A stretch of DNA of 64,000 bases from Hydrolagus colliei (lineage: Eukaryota): positions 36,704,001 to 36,768,000 of the forward strand of contig CM068746.1 of NCBI GenBank assembly GCA_035084275.1, given 5' to 3'. The first letter of the stretch is position 1. Every line of letters begins with the position of its first letter. Made by a program: the position numbers and the translations under genes. Below, piece after piece: positions 25,501 through 39,700 of the stretch. A model generated the notes under the pieces. The model saw nothing but the letters and a program-made list of their open reading frames with translations, did no database searches and was not told where the DNA came from.

Positions 25501-28500
25501 TGACTGCCACCACCAACCAGGTGTTTCCCCAAAGGAAGGGGGAGGAGAAGAAGAGGAAAGAAATACAGCAAGATAACATGGACTTGATTGTAAAGCTCCC
25601 AGTAGCCACATAAAACTGAAGCACATTACTCATTGAACAGTACTTCAACTAAAGTTGTAATGAGTAGTAACTAAAATTGTAATCCTTCCCCCGACTCTTT
25701 AAAACAGCCGATTGTTGCATTTGATTAGTTATTGGTCATTGTGTGGCCTGAATATTGAATACCAGAAGTCAATCTGATGATGATTTCCAAAAGAAACCTA
25801 ACAAAAAAAACTTACATGGTAAGATATCCTTATATCTGTTTCTCTTAACATTTTCTTCTTTTTCTCCAGTGTTTGTTGGATAGATCTTTTCAGTTCTGTA
25901 TTTCGTTGAAAGTCTTCGGAGTCGCTGCAAAAAAAATGAAACATTTAACAAGATTCAAAAGCATGTTTTATCGATACCGCACAGCATACAGATAGATGTG
26001 CACCATTGTCAGTTAACTTCTTCAACGAGACTCAGTTTTCCTTACTCAAGATTTTGACAAAAGGGGAAACGTGCGGTTCTTAGGATAAAGTTTATCAGAT
26101 ACCATGACTGTACTTTTCAAACACATTTTAATATGATGCCTCACCGTAGTTTGTTATTTCCTGGCATGCATTCCAACTTATAAATACCTCTGAATGTTTT
26201 TGGCAGTAATATGAATTACTGGTTAAAGATAACACCAGGACTAGGTGGAAGATCTCAGTCATAATGCAAGTCTCTAATAGGTCTCAATTCAAGACTGGGC
26301 ATCTTGGAGGCTAAACTCCTCAGATACTGATCACTCTCTTGAAAGATCAGGTATCATGGTTTATGGAGAACAGATTGAAAACATCAAAACATCATTTTGA
26401 AAACAAAACATTAAACATCATTAATTAACATAAAATTAAGAGAGATAATAATCCTTGCATTTGATACAGCGCTTCATCAAATCTTCAAGACTTCTCAAAG
26501 TGCTTCACAGAATATACTGTAAAGTTAATTGACTGTACATTTTATGGGCGAAATGCAGCAGCTAAATGCAGTACTGTCCCACAAAGTCATTGAAAAGGGC
26601 ATTGATAAACTTACCAGGCAAAACGAGGACAAGGGGGATAAAGATTTGAACTCAGGAAAGGCTATGTAAACACACAGTTCAGATTTAATTACTTCAGAGT
26701 GGTAAATACATGACACAGACTAGCCAGGGAAAGGTGGAGTCCCATTTGTCAAATTCATACAGGAGAGTTGTCAAGAATTTGGCCAAGAATTAAATTAAGG
26801 ATTATGATTATGATTTTTTTTCACTTTGGGACCAGCCTTCAATGGACTTCAATGGTGTTTTCTAGTGACGCACATTCCTATGTTCCTAAGCAATGAAACT
26901 GATTGAACATGAGAAAAAAATCTCTACAGTTCGCCAAATTAACAGGATGGAAACATTGGGAAGTGAGTCTCATTAGGATCCATTACACTCCCATTATATT
27001 TCACTCATTTATTATTTATTTTGGAGAAAGCAAAAACTACAACATTTAAGTGAAGGCACTATTCCCTTCCCTCTCCATTTATAATAACAATAATAACCGC
27101 CCAGCATTTGATATGGTGCCTTTTCACATCAATGAGATGTCTCAAAGTGCTTCATAGAATATACTGTAAAGCAATTTACTGCATACGCCTTGGGCATTTC
27201 AGAAGTGTTTCAATTAAAACAAGAGCACTAAGCTTTTTTGATATTAAACCTACTTTATTTACAAATGTTGTCTTTTTTAGACTGGCATACGGCTTTCACT
27301 CCTAATTATATCACACTTCCATATTTATTCAAATCCCATGTTTAAAGTGCTGTTTATGAACAAAGTGGTTAAGTTTAACAGGGAGTAAAATCCCTGGCTG
27401 GTTTTCACCTACCTAACCATATGGAAATTAAGTTTTATCCATGCAAACCTGGCTAAACTGAGATCAAGTTAGGATAGATCAGCAAGCCCCAGCAAGCTCC
27501 ATCCACTTAACAATCCCACAGAACAATTTGTGAATGCGATTTTGCAAGAGGTCCAAAACCCGATTGTCTAGCACAGTGGTTCTCAACCTTTTTCAGTAAT
27601 GTAATGTAGCCCTTGTTAATTTTCAACATTATCGTGTACCTCCACCCAACCACATACATACACACACACATACCTTCATCCACTTGCATTTTATGACCAA
27701 GCTTTTCTTCTATAACAAAATAACTAGCACATACAAAACGAGGGGAATAACAATTAAATATACTATTTGGAAGGCTATAAAACGCTAAATAAGAGAGCTA
27801 AATAAATCAATGTACCCCCTGGAAGTAATTTTGTACGCCCTGGGGTACATGTACCCCTGGTTGAGAACCACTGGTCTCAAGCAATGGAACGTCTTTCTGA
27901 TGTGAAGGGCTATGTACAAGTGTAACTTGTTGTTGTAGTACAAAGGTGGGGTTGGCGACTGAGCGAGTGGGGGGGGGGGGAGGAGATGACTATATTGTGT
28001 TCGATATAACTCCTTATCACATCATTGAGACACAATAAAGTGATTCAACAAATATACTGACGATGCATCTTGTGGGGCTGTAGGAGCCAATTGCTCTTAG
28101 AGGTGCTCCACAAACACAGTCATGGATTAGTGACCAAGTTTTCGGGGGTGAAGAGGTAGATTTAAAAACAAGAGTTAGAAAAGAGTAGATGAGACAGAAC
28201 AGTAGAGGAAGGGAATTGTAGAGATTAGGGTGTAAAATCTAAAGGCTTGATCTTTGACGGTGGTGTGAAGAGTGTGGGGAGCAAGTATAACCTTGAGTTA
28301 GTCAAGCAGAGAGGGTGTTCTGAAGAGTGCAGTAAGAGAAGGGACGGAGAAATAAGGTGGTGCTATGGAATGAAGGAATTTACAAGTGAAGGTGACAATT
28401 TAGACATTGGTGCCAGTGGAGCATGGCCAGGATTGGGGAGATTGGCAAACTGAATTTACAGAGAGTGGGTGAGGGTACGTACGATCAAGGGCATTGAACT

Positions 28501-31500
28501 GGTGGATTGTGGTCCAGAACCAAACTGCAATCCTTTTATCCAAGTCACACACATTCCAGCCACCACAGCATTATCCAATTCTGACCTCTGCAAGAATGAT
28601 CTCATCTAAATAGAATTGAGAGAGGAAGAAGTAGTCACATAGAACAGGAGTGTTTTTCCTGACAAACGTCTGACGGAGACAAAAGATTTCACGTTATTCA
28701 AAGGGAAATAAGTCTAGGATGGAACCTATCCTAGGAAACATTCTGTGGTATAATAGTATAGTGTATGTATGTAATACTGTAGGATTTAAATCTAAAAACA
28801 GTGCTCTTTTCAAAAAAAAATGATGTCAAGGGAACTCCTGTTGTCAGCTTCCCGTTACCAGGGAGCTGAAGAAAATGCCTGTTTCAACCCGGGAAGCATG
28901 GAGTTAGTCTTTCACAAACAACTGAGTGAATTGGTACTTTGAAGTTTGACAATCAGCTGCTTGTAGTGCTTAGTGAAATACTGGCAAAGACACGAGGGAC
29001 AACTCAATTATTCCACTAAATTGCACTAGCTGAATGGTAAAGGCAGGAATAGTTTTGGTCCTAGACTTAGATGTCGTATAAAATGGTAGCAGGGGGGGTG
29101 GAAAATGAACAGAAGTCAGTGTGGGAGAAAAAAATGAACAAGAGCTTCTCTTGGTTTAGTACAGTGTGTCCTGCAACAGAACAGAAAAAAACAAGAACAT
29201 CTAATGCCCAACCAACAAACTATATTCAGGAATGATTTCGCAAAGTAACTAAATCTGAAAACAACCCGAACTAAATATCTGACTGGAAAGACAGCATTGC
29301 TCAAGACTCGTGAATCAATTCACCACATATGAACAATTACAAAATTGTCATGGTTTCCCTTAAAGGCAGGAAACGCCAGGACAGAAAATAAGCGTTTTAA
29401 CTGCAATCACACTTGCCAAAAGTAACATAGGTGATAGACCACACCATTCAAAGAAACCTCATTCACAGCTCTTTAACTGAAATGGCCAGCCACAAGAATA
29501 TTAAATTAAAAAATTTAATAAGCCTATTCTCCATCCTGCATTGGCTCAGTGGCAGATCATTAGTTTAAAGTCATGAACACATGCACCCACATTAAATTAT
29601 TCCTTTAACCTTTGCTGAGGCTAACCAAATGTATTACTAGTCTAAACTGGATTTAAAGTCAGTTCTCAAAGACAAAAGAAAGATCAGTGTGTGAACCCAC
29701 GAGACTACCTCTTCAACCCTTTATAACTTGAAATTTGGCATTCAGAAGTGCTACATTATCTCTCACCTTTCACCTATTCCAGGTGTCACCAATCAAACCA
29801 GCACACAGTATCTGACCAATAATAAATAATAATCCTATTTAATAATGCTATTTGATATAGCACTTTTCATGACTTCAAGGCCTCTCAAAGCACTTCACAT
29901 AATATACTATACAGTGAATTGACTATATATGGGAGAAACAAAAGGCTGCAAAAATCCAAAAATGTCACCATTAAACTTCACTGAAATCCGAGCAACATAC
30001 TCATGGTGGAGTATGTCCCAAGCAACATGAAGCCCCCCCACCCCCCAACAAAAAATTAACCACAAGTGAAGCTACACGGAAGAATGTACAAGAAAGCACA
30101 TTTATAATAAAACAAATGACAAATAGTAGAAGTACAAAAAGCTACATCAAATAATTTTTTCAAAGTATATTTTTGGGGTGGGTTGCTGGCAATGTAAAAA
30201 TACATACAGTATATTTTTTAAATACTCTAAAAAGGGGAACTCAAATACCAGAAGGATTAACTACTGTATTTCCTTCTGCCCTCAGCATTATCAGTCTCAT
30301 TTATTTGAAATACACAAAAAAAATTGCCAGGAAATTAGAATTTGAAAGAAACGCTGAATGAAAATAAAGTTCAAAAGTGTATGATAAGGAAATGTGTACA
30401 ACAAGATTGTCCTAAGACAGACGACCCGTTTTTCAAATTCAAAAGACATATGACAAGATTAGTAAGTGGAATTTAGCCTGGAAGCAAACAAGAGTTACTC
30501 CTTGGAACACTGAACACAAGAAAGATCTTATCGATCAGCTCCAAGGCCATTTGAGAAGACAATACTAGACTGCTGGAAGAGCTATATTAAATTTACTTAG
30601 TATGATGAGTGAAGTTAAATGATATTTTCACAGAATGTGTATGTACCTATGATCAGCTAGTTCCTTCCCGTCAATTGACATGCTGTCACCTGTATTAAAA
30701 TTAATTGATTATGCTGTACCCCCAATTGAATTGATTGGAAATGAATTCAACAACCCGTCTAATCTAGTCATAACTGTGTATCTTTTTCCCCTTCCCCCTG
30801 GCTTAGCCAACACACAAGCAAAGTTGCAATCCAGGTAGTCAGCAATAGCACATTGGATTGATCCTTTTAAAAAAAAGTAAAGAAATGGGATGTTCATTAT
30901 TATTTGACAACAGGATCAGTCAAATTCAGTAGTTAACTCCAGACTGTGGGGAAGCCAGGATTCCTGTTCCAGGATGACAGAAAGTAAAACTTTTTCCTCC
31001 AGGTAGGAAACAGTCCCTTTTGCAAGTCAAATTGAGGCATGTCTCTACATTGAAAGCAATCTCAGTTGCTTGGCACATCTTTCATTTATGAACAATCATC
31101 ATTCCTAAAATTATTACACCATGTTTTAACACAATCTAGAAACACAATCCTGCCATTTGCCCTTTGACCTGTGATGCAAATCCATTCTGGATAGAGAATC
31201 ATTAATGCTGTATAACACACTTCAAAAAACACGAGCACTTTAAGCAAGAAATGTCGATTTAACAAAGGAAGTATTTCACACCCTTAATGTGCAAGTGTTG
31301 TTTTCAATGGTAATCTCAACATGAAACAATAGCATTCAGCAATGTAAATTGTAATGTTGCTGGATTTCATATTTATGTGCAAAATCATGTATATTATCAC
31401 ATCATGTACACTTCCCCATTTCACCTTGGGAAATAGATAGCTCAAACACAGAACAAAAATAGTCCTCATAGTTTAAGCATAAATTGGTTAACCACGACCA

Positions 31501-33680
31501 ATTTTTTTTTTAAAAGGCACAATTAAATGGGATTAAACATGTTAAAAAATACATAACGTCCTAAAACGGCAGAGATAGAAAGATAGGCTGAACAGTCACA
31601 CCAGGAAATGATTCTGTTGCACTTAGAGTCTCTTTTGGGTCAGTAATATATAACCTGTTTGCAATTTTGACTTAAAACTTACTGCAAAAGGAAATTTACT
31701 AACTCAAGGAATGAAACCTTTTCTGAGAAAAAGATTTGCCATAATAACATCACTTTCTGCTACACACAGTATAACCATCATATGACTACCCTAAGCAAAT
31801 TTACTGTCCTTTCCTTCCATGCATTCTCTTTCCCAGGTACATTTCCACTGACATCTTATACAAATGGGTCTTATTAATGTTTGAGCTTCAATAGTGAGTT
31901 GGTAAGCTATTCCAACAGCAACAGCTTGTATTTATACAGGTCCCCTCAATCAGAGTTGTGTCCCAGAGTGCTTGACATGTGTCCTGGACTATATGTCAAG
32001 TATATGTCCAGGACATATAGGGATTTGAAAATGAGTGCGAGCATCGCAAAAGCAATCCGTTCGGCGATAGGGAGTCAGTGGAGCCTGACTAGATCTGGTG
32101 TGATAAGGGTTCGGAATTCAATACGGGTGAGTATTCCACAGCAGAGTAAATCACAACTGAGCTCAATTTTCCCTCTCCTGGTGGGGTGCACACACATGCA
32201 TTTGTACAAGGTGTCTTAGCACAGCAAATCAGTTAGGATCCTAGCTTGATTTCTCCCTTCCTAAACAATGAATGTTTTTTTTTAAAAAGTGCATCATACA
32301 CCCTTACTATAAGACAGAAATGGCATTTATCCTTCATACATCCTCAATAGGTTAATCCTATTGAGACACACCAAAAATAAAATTCAATCTCCATTAATGA
32401 AATGATGTCCAAAATGATCTCAGGTTCCCACTGACAATAAAATCTGCATCTCCCTCACGCAAGATATTCTCCAATTAAGGCAAATCATAAATTTGGCCAA
32501 ACTACTATAAATACAAAAAAAATTAGGGTTACTTAATTCACTACTGTGTGTGGGTCACTGCTGCATGCAACTGACTTCTGCATTTCACCCACAAAATATA
32601 CAATCAATCCACTTTACAATATATTCTATGAAGCACTTTGATGTATCAATGACATGATAATTCTATATCAAATGCAGGGATTATTATTATACCACCCGAG
32701 TAAATCTTTGAGTGTTATATGACAAAGTATTTATAAGGACTGATCTATTGAGCTACTCAATTGAATTAAGTGACAAAAGTCTGGTTAAAGATGAACCAGA
32801 AATGCAAAAACTCAGATAATATTAAAATAGAAATTTAGTCAATTTGGGTTTAGGGCCAGAGAGTGAAAAAGAAAGTCATGGACTGGCATTTTCCTCCACC
32901 TTATTGAGTAAATTATACTGTTGGGCCCCAGTGATGGCTCCGTGACCAGCAGACTCGTATAGATCAGATCAACTGGTGATCTGAATTAACTGTCTCAGCC
33001 AGGACAGCTCTATAATTGGTCTCAACACAAGGATGGAATAATAAACAGTCAGAACTCCCACTCCTCATGGCTAACCAATAAATCCCAATTGAAGATATTG
33101 ACTTTATTTAGGTGGCCAGGATTTGGTTCAGGTCCATGGCCCCGTTCTAATCCAATATTTGTTGCAATCACGATCAAGGCTCAATGAGGTAGCAGAGCCT
33201 GTGACCCTATAACTGCATAGCTGCCAACCTTTTTGAACAAACAAAGTACTCCTGAAAGCTAAAAACAGTATTTTGTAGTAAAAAAAAGTATTTTCCCCAG
33301 AACCTACCGGTACTTAATGAAAAAATTACAGTGCAAAAAGATGCCAAGTAAAATGGGACTTCAAAATCCCTTGTTAAGCAAAAATTGTGTTAAGAGGGAG
33401 GTCCCTACTGTGTTTCTGTATATGAAAAAAATCATTCCCAGTAATGCCTTGCGCCTAGTGCTAACATTTACAGTGTACCAGCACTGGCATAAGGTAGGTA
33501 GCACTGTTATTGAAGGCAGGGAGAGAGAGTTAAAGAGAAAGAGACTGAGACAGAGAGAGTGTGAGTGAGATTGTGACAGCAATGGACTCAAACAGAGAGA
33601 GAGAGACACACAGAGAGAGAGAGAGAGAGACAGAGGGGGCAGAGTGCGACCCAGATAGACAGAGAGAGGGAAAGAGACAC

Positions 33681-33719
<39 letters not shown>

Positions 33720-36700
33720 CACCAGAGGGACACACAGAGGGAGACTGAGACAGAGAGAAGGAGAGACAAACAGACAAGACAGAGCCTGGAATTTCCAAAA
33801 TTCGTATTTTACCAAAAAACGTATTTTAACAAGAAAAATCGTTCTGCCGTATTTACTTCAATTTATCATACTAAATACGGCAAAAACGTAATGAATGGCA
33901 GCTCTGTAACTGCAAGTAGAAGGGGGAAAAAAAAGCTGTCAACCACTTTAATAAGGGGAACGGAACAGAGATAACTGGAGAAAAAATGCAAGAGACAAAA
34001 GGCAAACTCAGTTTGTCTGTAGGCAGTATAAAATTTAGCTATTCACTTCAATTTATCAGAAGTATTTGATGCAAATGGCTCACATTCAGTCGAATAATAA
34101 GGATGAGGTCATGGGAGCTTTTAAGTCAACAGAACACCAAATAGATTATGCTCCATTCCAAAAATGTAACTTTAGAAAAACCAGAGGCAAACATCAAAAC
34201 CTGTTTAAAAACTTACACTGCTGCCATAATAACGTTATAGTGGCCCCTTGGATAACTTTCAATGAACATTTTTGGATTGAGGCATTAAGAGAACACAAAG
34301 GAAAAAAAAAATTCAAACCCAATTATTCAAATATTGCATTCCTGGTGAAAAAAAAGTGAGGTCTGACATCTTTCCCACAGCAGAAATGCAGATTAATGTC
34401 GTACCATTTCAAACATACTTGGCACTTCAATTTGTTTTTAAAAACTTTATAGAGCCATGAGCAGTACTGTAAAAGATCTGCTAAGTAAAAAAATTATTTT
34501 TAGTATGGTTTTGTTCAGATTCCTTCAACTGAATTAGAGAACACAATTCTAAAATTACATTATGCTTCTTATAATACTGTGCGAAGAAAGGTGGAAGATT
34601 AGAGTAAGAGAACAAAATACGGTCACCAAATAAATATGTTCAGTTTTTGATAGGCTACCAAAGCCTCCTCTAGATTTGTGCATCAGGTCAGTTATAAAAT
34701 AATGGGAAATAAAATACATTCACTGTATTGTATAAAACTCAAAACTTCCCCTTCATGGTACCTCATTGTGAGTACAGTAACACAATTCTGCTTGATGCCT
34801 CTTCTGTAATCAACCAGTGAATAACTGTTGGATGAAACTATGTACAGTACTATTATTCAGTAGCACAGTGTAATGAATCTGCCATCCAGTATAACTTCTA
34901 GAATGGTTTATCCCCAACCTCAGTAAAACTCAACAGCGCTAAAGGTTCAGCTAAATAGCAATCTTCTTTGTACATTATCAAATTTTACATATTGACCCAA
35001 CATTTCTGAGTAATAAAACTGACAAAATTTCCACCCAAATTCAACTTAAAAGCTGATATTTTATATTCATAGGTAAGCTATTACCTTAAACACATCAACC
35101 TTTGTTTCAATATGACCAAAAGCTTTATGCAGCCCACCACCGCCCACCCATATACCACAGCAGGCATATACAACTACACTCGAATTCTGCTCTGAGGTTT
35201 TTGCTATAAACTAGTCATCCCACGCACTCACTTCCTTTACTTATAGACTATACATTCATAGCTAACAAAGGAATCATAGGGAAAGGATAAAAAAAGGGAA
35301 GATTAAATATATACAGTATTATTTTACTTAGAAAGTTGCATTGACAAATCCCCATACTCAAGTTAAAATCAAATTTACAATTGAAGCAATAAAAACAATC
35401 TTGATCCAGTAAGTGAGAAATTGTTTGAAGAGAACCTGCTTCATAGCAGTCTTCACCATCTTTCATTCATGCTTAAATAATCCTTAAGTTCACATTTCAC
35501 TTTTTCAAGAGTCACATTTCTCCCCAATGATTAATAATAATCTTTGCATTGCAAAGTCGTTGAGATGTCTCAAAGCATTTCAAAGAATATACTGTTAAGT
35601 GAATCTACTGTATAATTTATTGGCGAAACACCCACAAAAGATTAACAGTAAAAGGGTGCCAAGAAAATTTGGTTTAGTTATTTGCAAATGCACGTTGCAA
35701 CACACTGCGCCTCCGCCCCCGCACTGTCACACAGCCATTCCTCTGGGCTCTATCCTCGCATAATAATAATAATAATAATAATCCTTGCATTTGATATAAC
35801 GCTTTTCATGTCTCAAACAGCTTCACAGAATATACTGCAAAGTGAACTGACTGTGTATTTGTGGGAGAAACGTGGCAGCCAATTTTGCTCAACAGTGTCC
35901 CACAAACAGTCTTGGATTGAAATGCTCAATGTTTTTTTATTATTGTTTTTTTGGAAGGGATTACTATTAGGCATGTGGATTAAGGAAACTTGCCCAAGGT
36001 TTCGCCCTGACCTGCTTGGATTCGACCACACTGAGCTACACTATCTGTATGCTTCCGCTCGGTGACATCATCCACAGATATGGGATTGACTTCCACGTGT
36101 ATGAGACCCAATTCTACCTCAACTCAGGGCTACCGGTGTTCTAACTGACCGCTTGACTGACATTAAACCATGGATGAGCTCTAACTCTAAGATGGGAAAT
36201 TCTCCCGATGTGAAAGGCACTATACAAGTTAAATATTGACAAGACCAAGGCTCTCCTGCTGGCCTCCTGTTCGTGCTTTCTCACCTCAAGCAGACAGTCA
36301 TGGATGTTGAAAAAAAATTGTTTGAGAATCACTAACCTGGAATACGAGTTCAAAATCCCAATGGTACCTGCCAGTATTTCCATATCTACTGAGCACAAAA
36401 TCCCTGTGGTATATAGACTATCAAATAAATTATGTTTAGTATAAAGGGTTTGGTGTTCGAACAGCAATTTAAAGAGAGTGCCTTCTTGCCTTTTCCAGTT
36501 TTTTAAAAAAAAACACACACTGGTGAGTACAGTACAATGGTGACTTTCGAGAAATGTAGGTAAATCGTGGGATTGATGGTGACATTTTCTTGAGTCAGCA
36601 TAGTTGGTCTTATTTCCTTTCCTGCTCCATGACGCTGGAACCAAATTTAGTGCCGATTCCTGTGTTACGTACAAAGTGTTATACACTGGTCAGATTTGAG

Positions 36701-39700
36701 ATGGGTATTTTGTCTTTCCATGTTTAGTGTCTGGATAGAATACTTTCCTTCAAAATTATACAAAAAATTTGCTGGCTGGAATTGCAATGTTATCAGTGGT
36801 TGTAGAGGGCGGATTTCCTTATAGTTTGTATGCACCTGAGCTGATATAAAGCAACGTTTTACATTTGTAAAACTACAAAGATTTACAAAATGAGCTCAGA
36901 GCTTTGAGAGGAAATATGTTGTCACCCACACAAATACTATTTAATTCCAGGGCTTGTTTGTAAAGAGTGCAACCTTGGATTGCTTTCTGCTACTATTTAT
37001 CTGTATTTACTGTTCTGCAGGCAGTGTACTGTGGAGCAAAGTGTAAATGGAAATAAGGCCCTGTGAATAATGAAGCTTTTCTTTGTATTAGAGCTGCTTT
37101 TGCGTTGTAAAAATGTGTGGCAATCTGGCTCAGTGATAGCACTCTCACCTCAGAATCAGAGGTTATGGGTTCAAGTCGCACGTCAGGACTTGGAAACACA
37201 GTCTAAAATGACAATGCAATGTTGAGGGCGTGCTACATTGTCAGAGGTGCCACACTTCGGATGAAATATTAAACTGTTTGCTTGTTCAGGTGGATATTAA
37301 AGAGCCCGCAGTACTATTTGAAAAGGGGCTTCCGATGACCTGGCCAACAATGCAGTGTACAATATGATGGGATAAGGTGCTATATCAAATGTAAAAATAA
37401 AATGCATTTATTTTGAAGACTACATGTGTGGAAGTACGTTTCAGTTCTAACTATTATAAATATGAATGTATTTTGTTTAATTACAAATGTTGAACTCTAG
37501 CACAATTACTGGTTTATCTAATTTGCTTTGAAATGTGGGAGACTGAACAGATGTTAAGAGAACTGCAGGTGCTGCAATGAGGTAGTTCTCTGAATTATGG
37601 ATTGTTGCTTGTGACTGCAATTGCTTAGGCTATTTGTATTCTACTACTTTGCATTCAATAAATTCAGTCTGTTCCAGTGTCAGGAATAACAGTATGCATA
37701 TTTTGTGTGCAAATCCAAGTTAATTGGCTTCTGCAGAAATAGTTGAGTTTCAATGACAGTAAATCTTAGTCCTTCAGGAAAAACAGAGGAGCGTTTATGT
37801 AATTTGAAGAGCAGGCCACTTAGAGCAGTGTGTACAAGCATTGTGTATTGTGGAAGAACAAATGATCAGGGCATATAAACAGTTACTTTGACAAGGATAG
37901 ATGAGTAGGGAGACACTTGACTCAACGTGGACAGTCTTATTTTATATGCTCCGTGGTTAATTGAATATTCTGTCAAAGGCTCTAGCTATGTATTACAGGA
38001 AGTACACAATATGCCTTTCATGCATTTTGAGGCAGTTTCACTACTGATAACACAACCTTGTGGGGAATTTTAATTTTCATTTCATTGTATAATATGTTAT
38101 ACACATGCATTGTGCTTGAAATAATCTGCCATCTGTAAAGTCAGCCACTATAATTTTGACATAATCGCTGGTTGTAGTTATATATGGCAAGAGTGTGTTG
38201 TCATGCATTTAGTAACTAGAGCAGTTTATATTCCTTTTATTGCTAATTCATCAATATTTTGACTGACAGGCAAAGCATGATTTTTGCTTCAATTCCTGCA
38301 GATCCATTTGGCAGTGTAGGATGGCTTGAAAATGTAACTCAACCATTGACAAATGATGTGTTGAGACAAAGCTAAATGTTTCTTGTGACCAGAAAGAATG
38401 ATAAGAATGTTCTTCTACAAGTACTTTTAGCAAGGAAGATTAAATTTTGCAACCTTTATTCAAAAAATAAATTCACTCTCATTCAAAAGAATGAAACTGG
38501 GTTACTATGGCTGAATCGCCTCTTTCTGTACTGAAAATATATATATTTTCTAAAAGTATGCGCATCACTATTACAGAGTATCAGACCTGGAATTTAGCTA
38601 CTCAGAAATCTTAGCTTAGTCCTATCATTTTCAATCTTAGTAGTCCTATCTTTTTTTAAGTCCCTGGCTTTAACTGATTGCCAAAAGCTAGGAATTGTTG
38701 GTGTGGGGAATATGAGACACTAATTCAATTTCTTGTCAGTTCTGTGGAATGCTGTAAATATTTTTAGTGTTGCCTTCAAAAGAATCTTGAGGATTCAGAC
38801 CCTGATCCAAAAGTGCCTAACTTTGAAATCATGCTCTGAGCTTCCCTTGACCTTTACATAATCTGTGTTTCTCTACCGTGATAGAAAATGGTTGGCATTT
38901 TAGCTAATCCTCATAGTTGATGTTCTTTATGGTTTTAAACATTGTGTGAGACATCAATGTTGGCCTAAACCTCCAATAGCTGTGAAGTTACAATTTGAAT
39001 TTAGAAGTGGGCAAGTTCAGTGTGACTTTTTGGAAACTGTGTTACTTCCCCTCCTTTTTCGAGCCAGTCAGCATGCGGGAGACAGAAAGGGAAGGAGAGC
39101 GCAAGCATGTCCAAGTGTTGTTCACTTCATGGCCGCTTGTGGAACATTCACAAATACAGATACCGCACTTCATAGAACCTCCTGCGAAGCACTTTGAAAA
39201 GTCCTGCTGACGTAAAAGGCACAATACTAAAAGTAAGGATCTTTATTATTATTATTAATAATAATATCTCGGTGAAGGATTGAGAAGATTGAAAAGCTCA
39301 CAGATCTGAAACTCCTGTAAAGCCACCCACTTTCACTTTACAACAGCATATTCTGTGCAACGCTTTGATACGTTTCAAATACCTAATAAGGCACTATATT
39401 AAATATATAATCAATTATTATTATTTTATAGCTCTCCCTTCCTGTGAGAGAACATCTTTATCCCCACAGAGAATGCTTTCACTGAATAATAGGAACACAG
39501 AATTTGTGAAAATTTCAAGCAAACCATTTCATACACACAGGTATTGCTTGATTCAGTCAGTTCTAATTTACTCTCTCTATCTCTTTTCAGAGACAAGGCT
39601 AATACGTTTTACATAAGTGAAAGCAAATCATACAACTAACCGAACATTTAACTTACACTGAGAATCTAATTAAAGACCTAAAAGGGAGATCATTTCAAAA

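Noticed and set aside
33361-33974. SL-rich and RE-rich ORFs
   Set aside because: Translations of (GA)n microsatellite
36141-36686. 181-aa minus-strand ORF
   Set aside because: Non-ATG start, no recognisable domain, and it runs through repeat remnants
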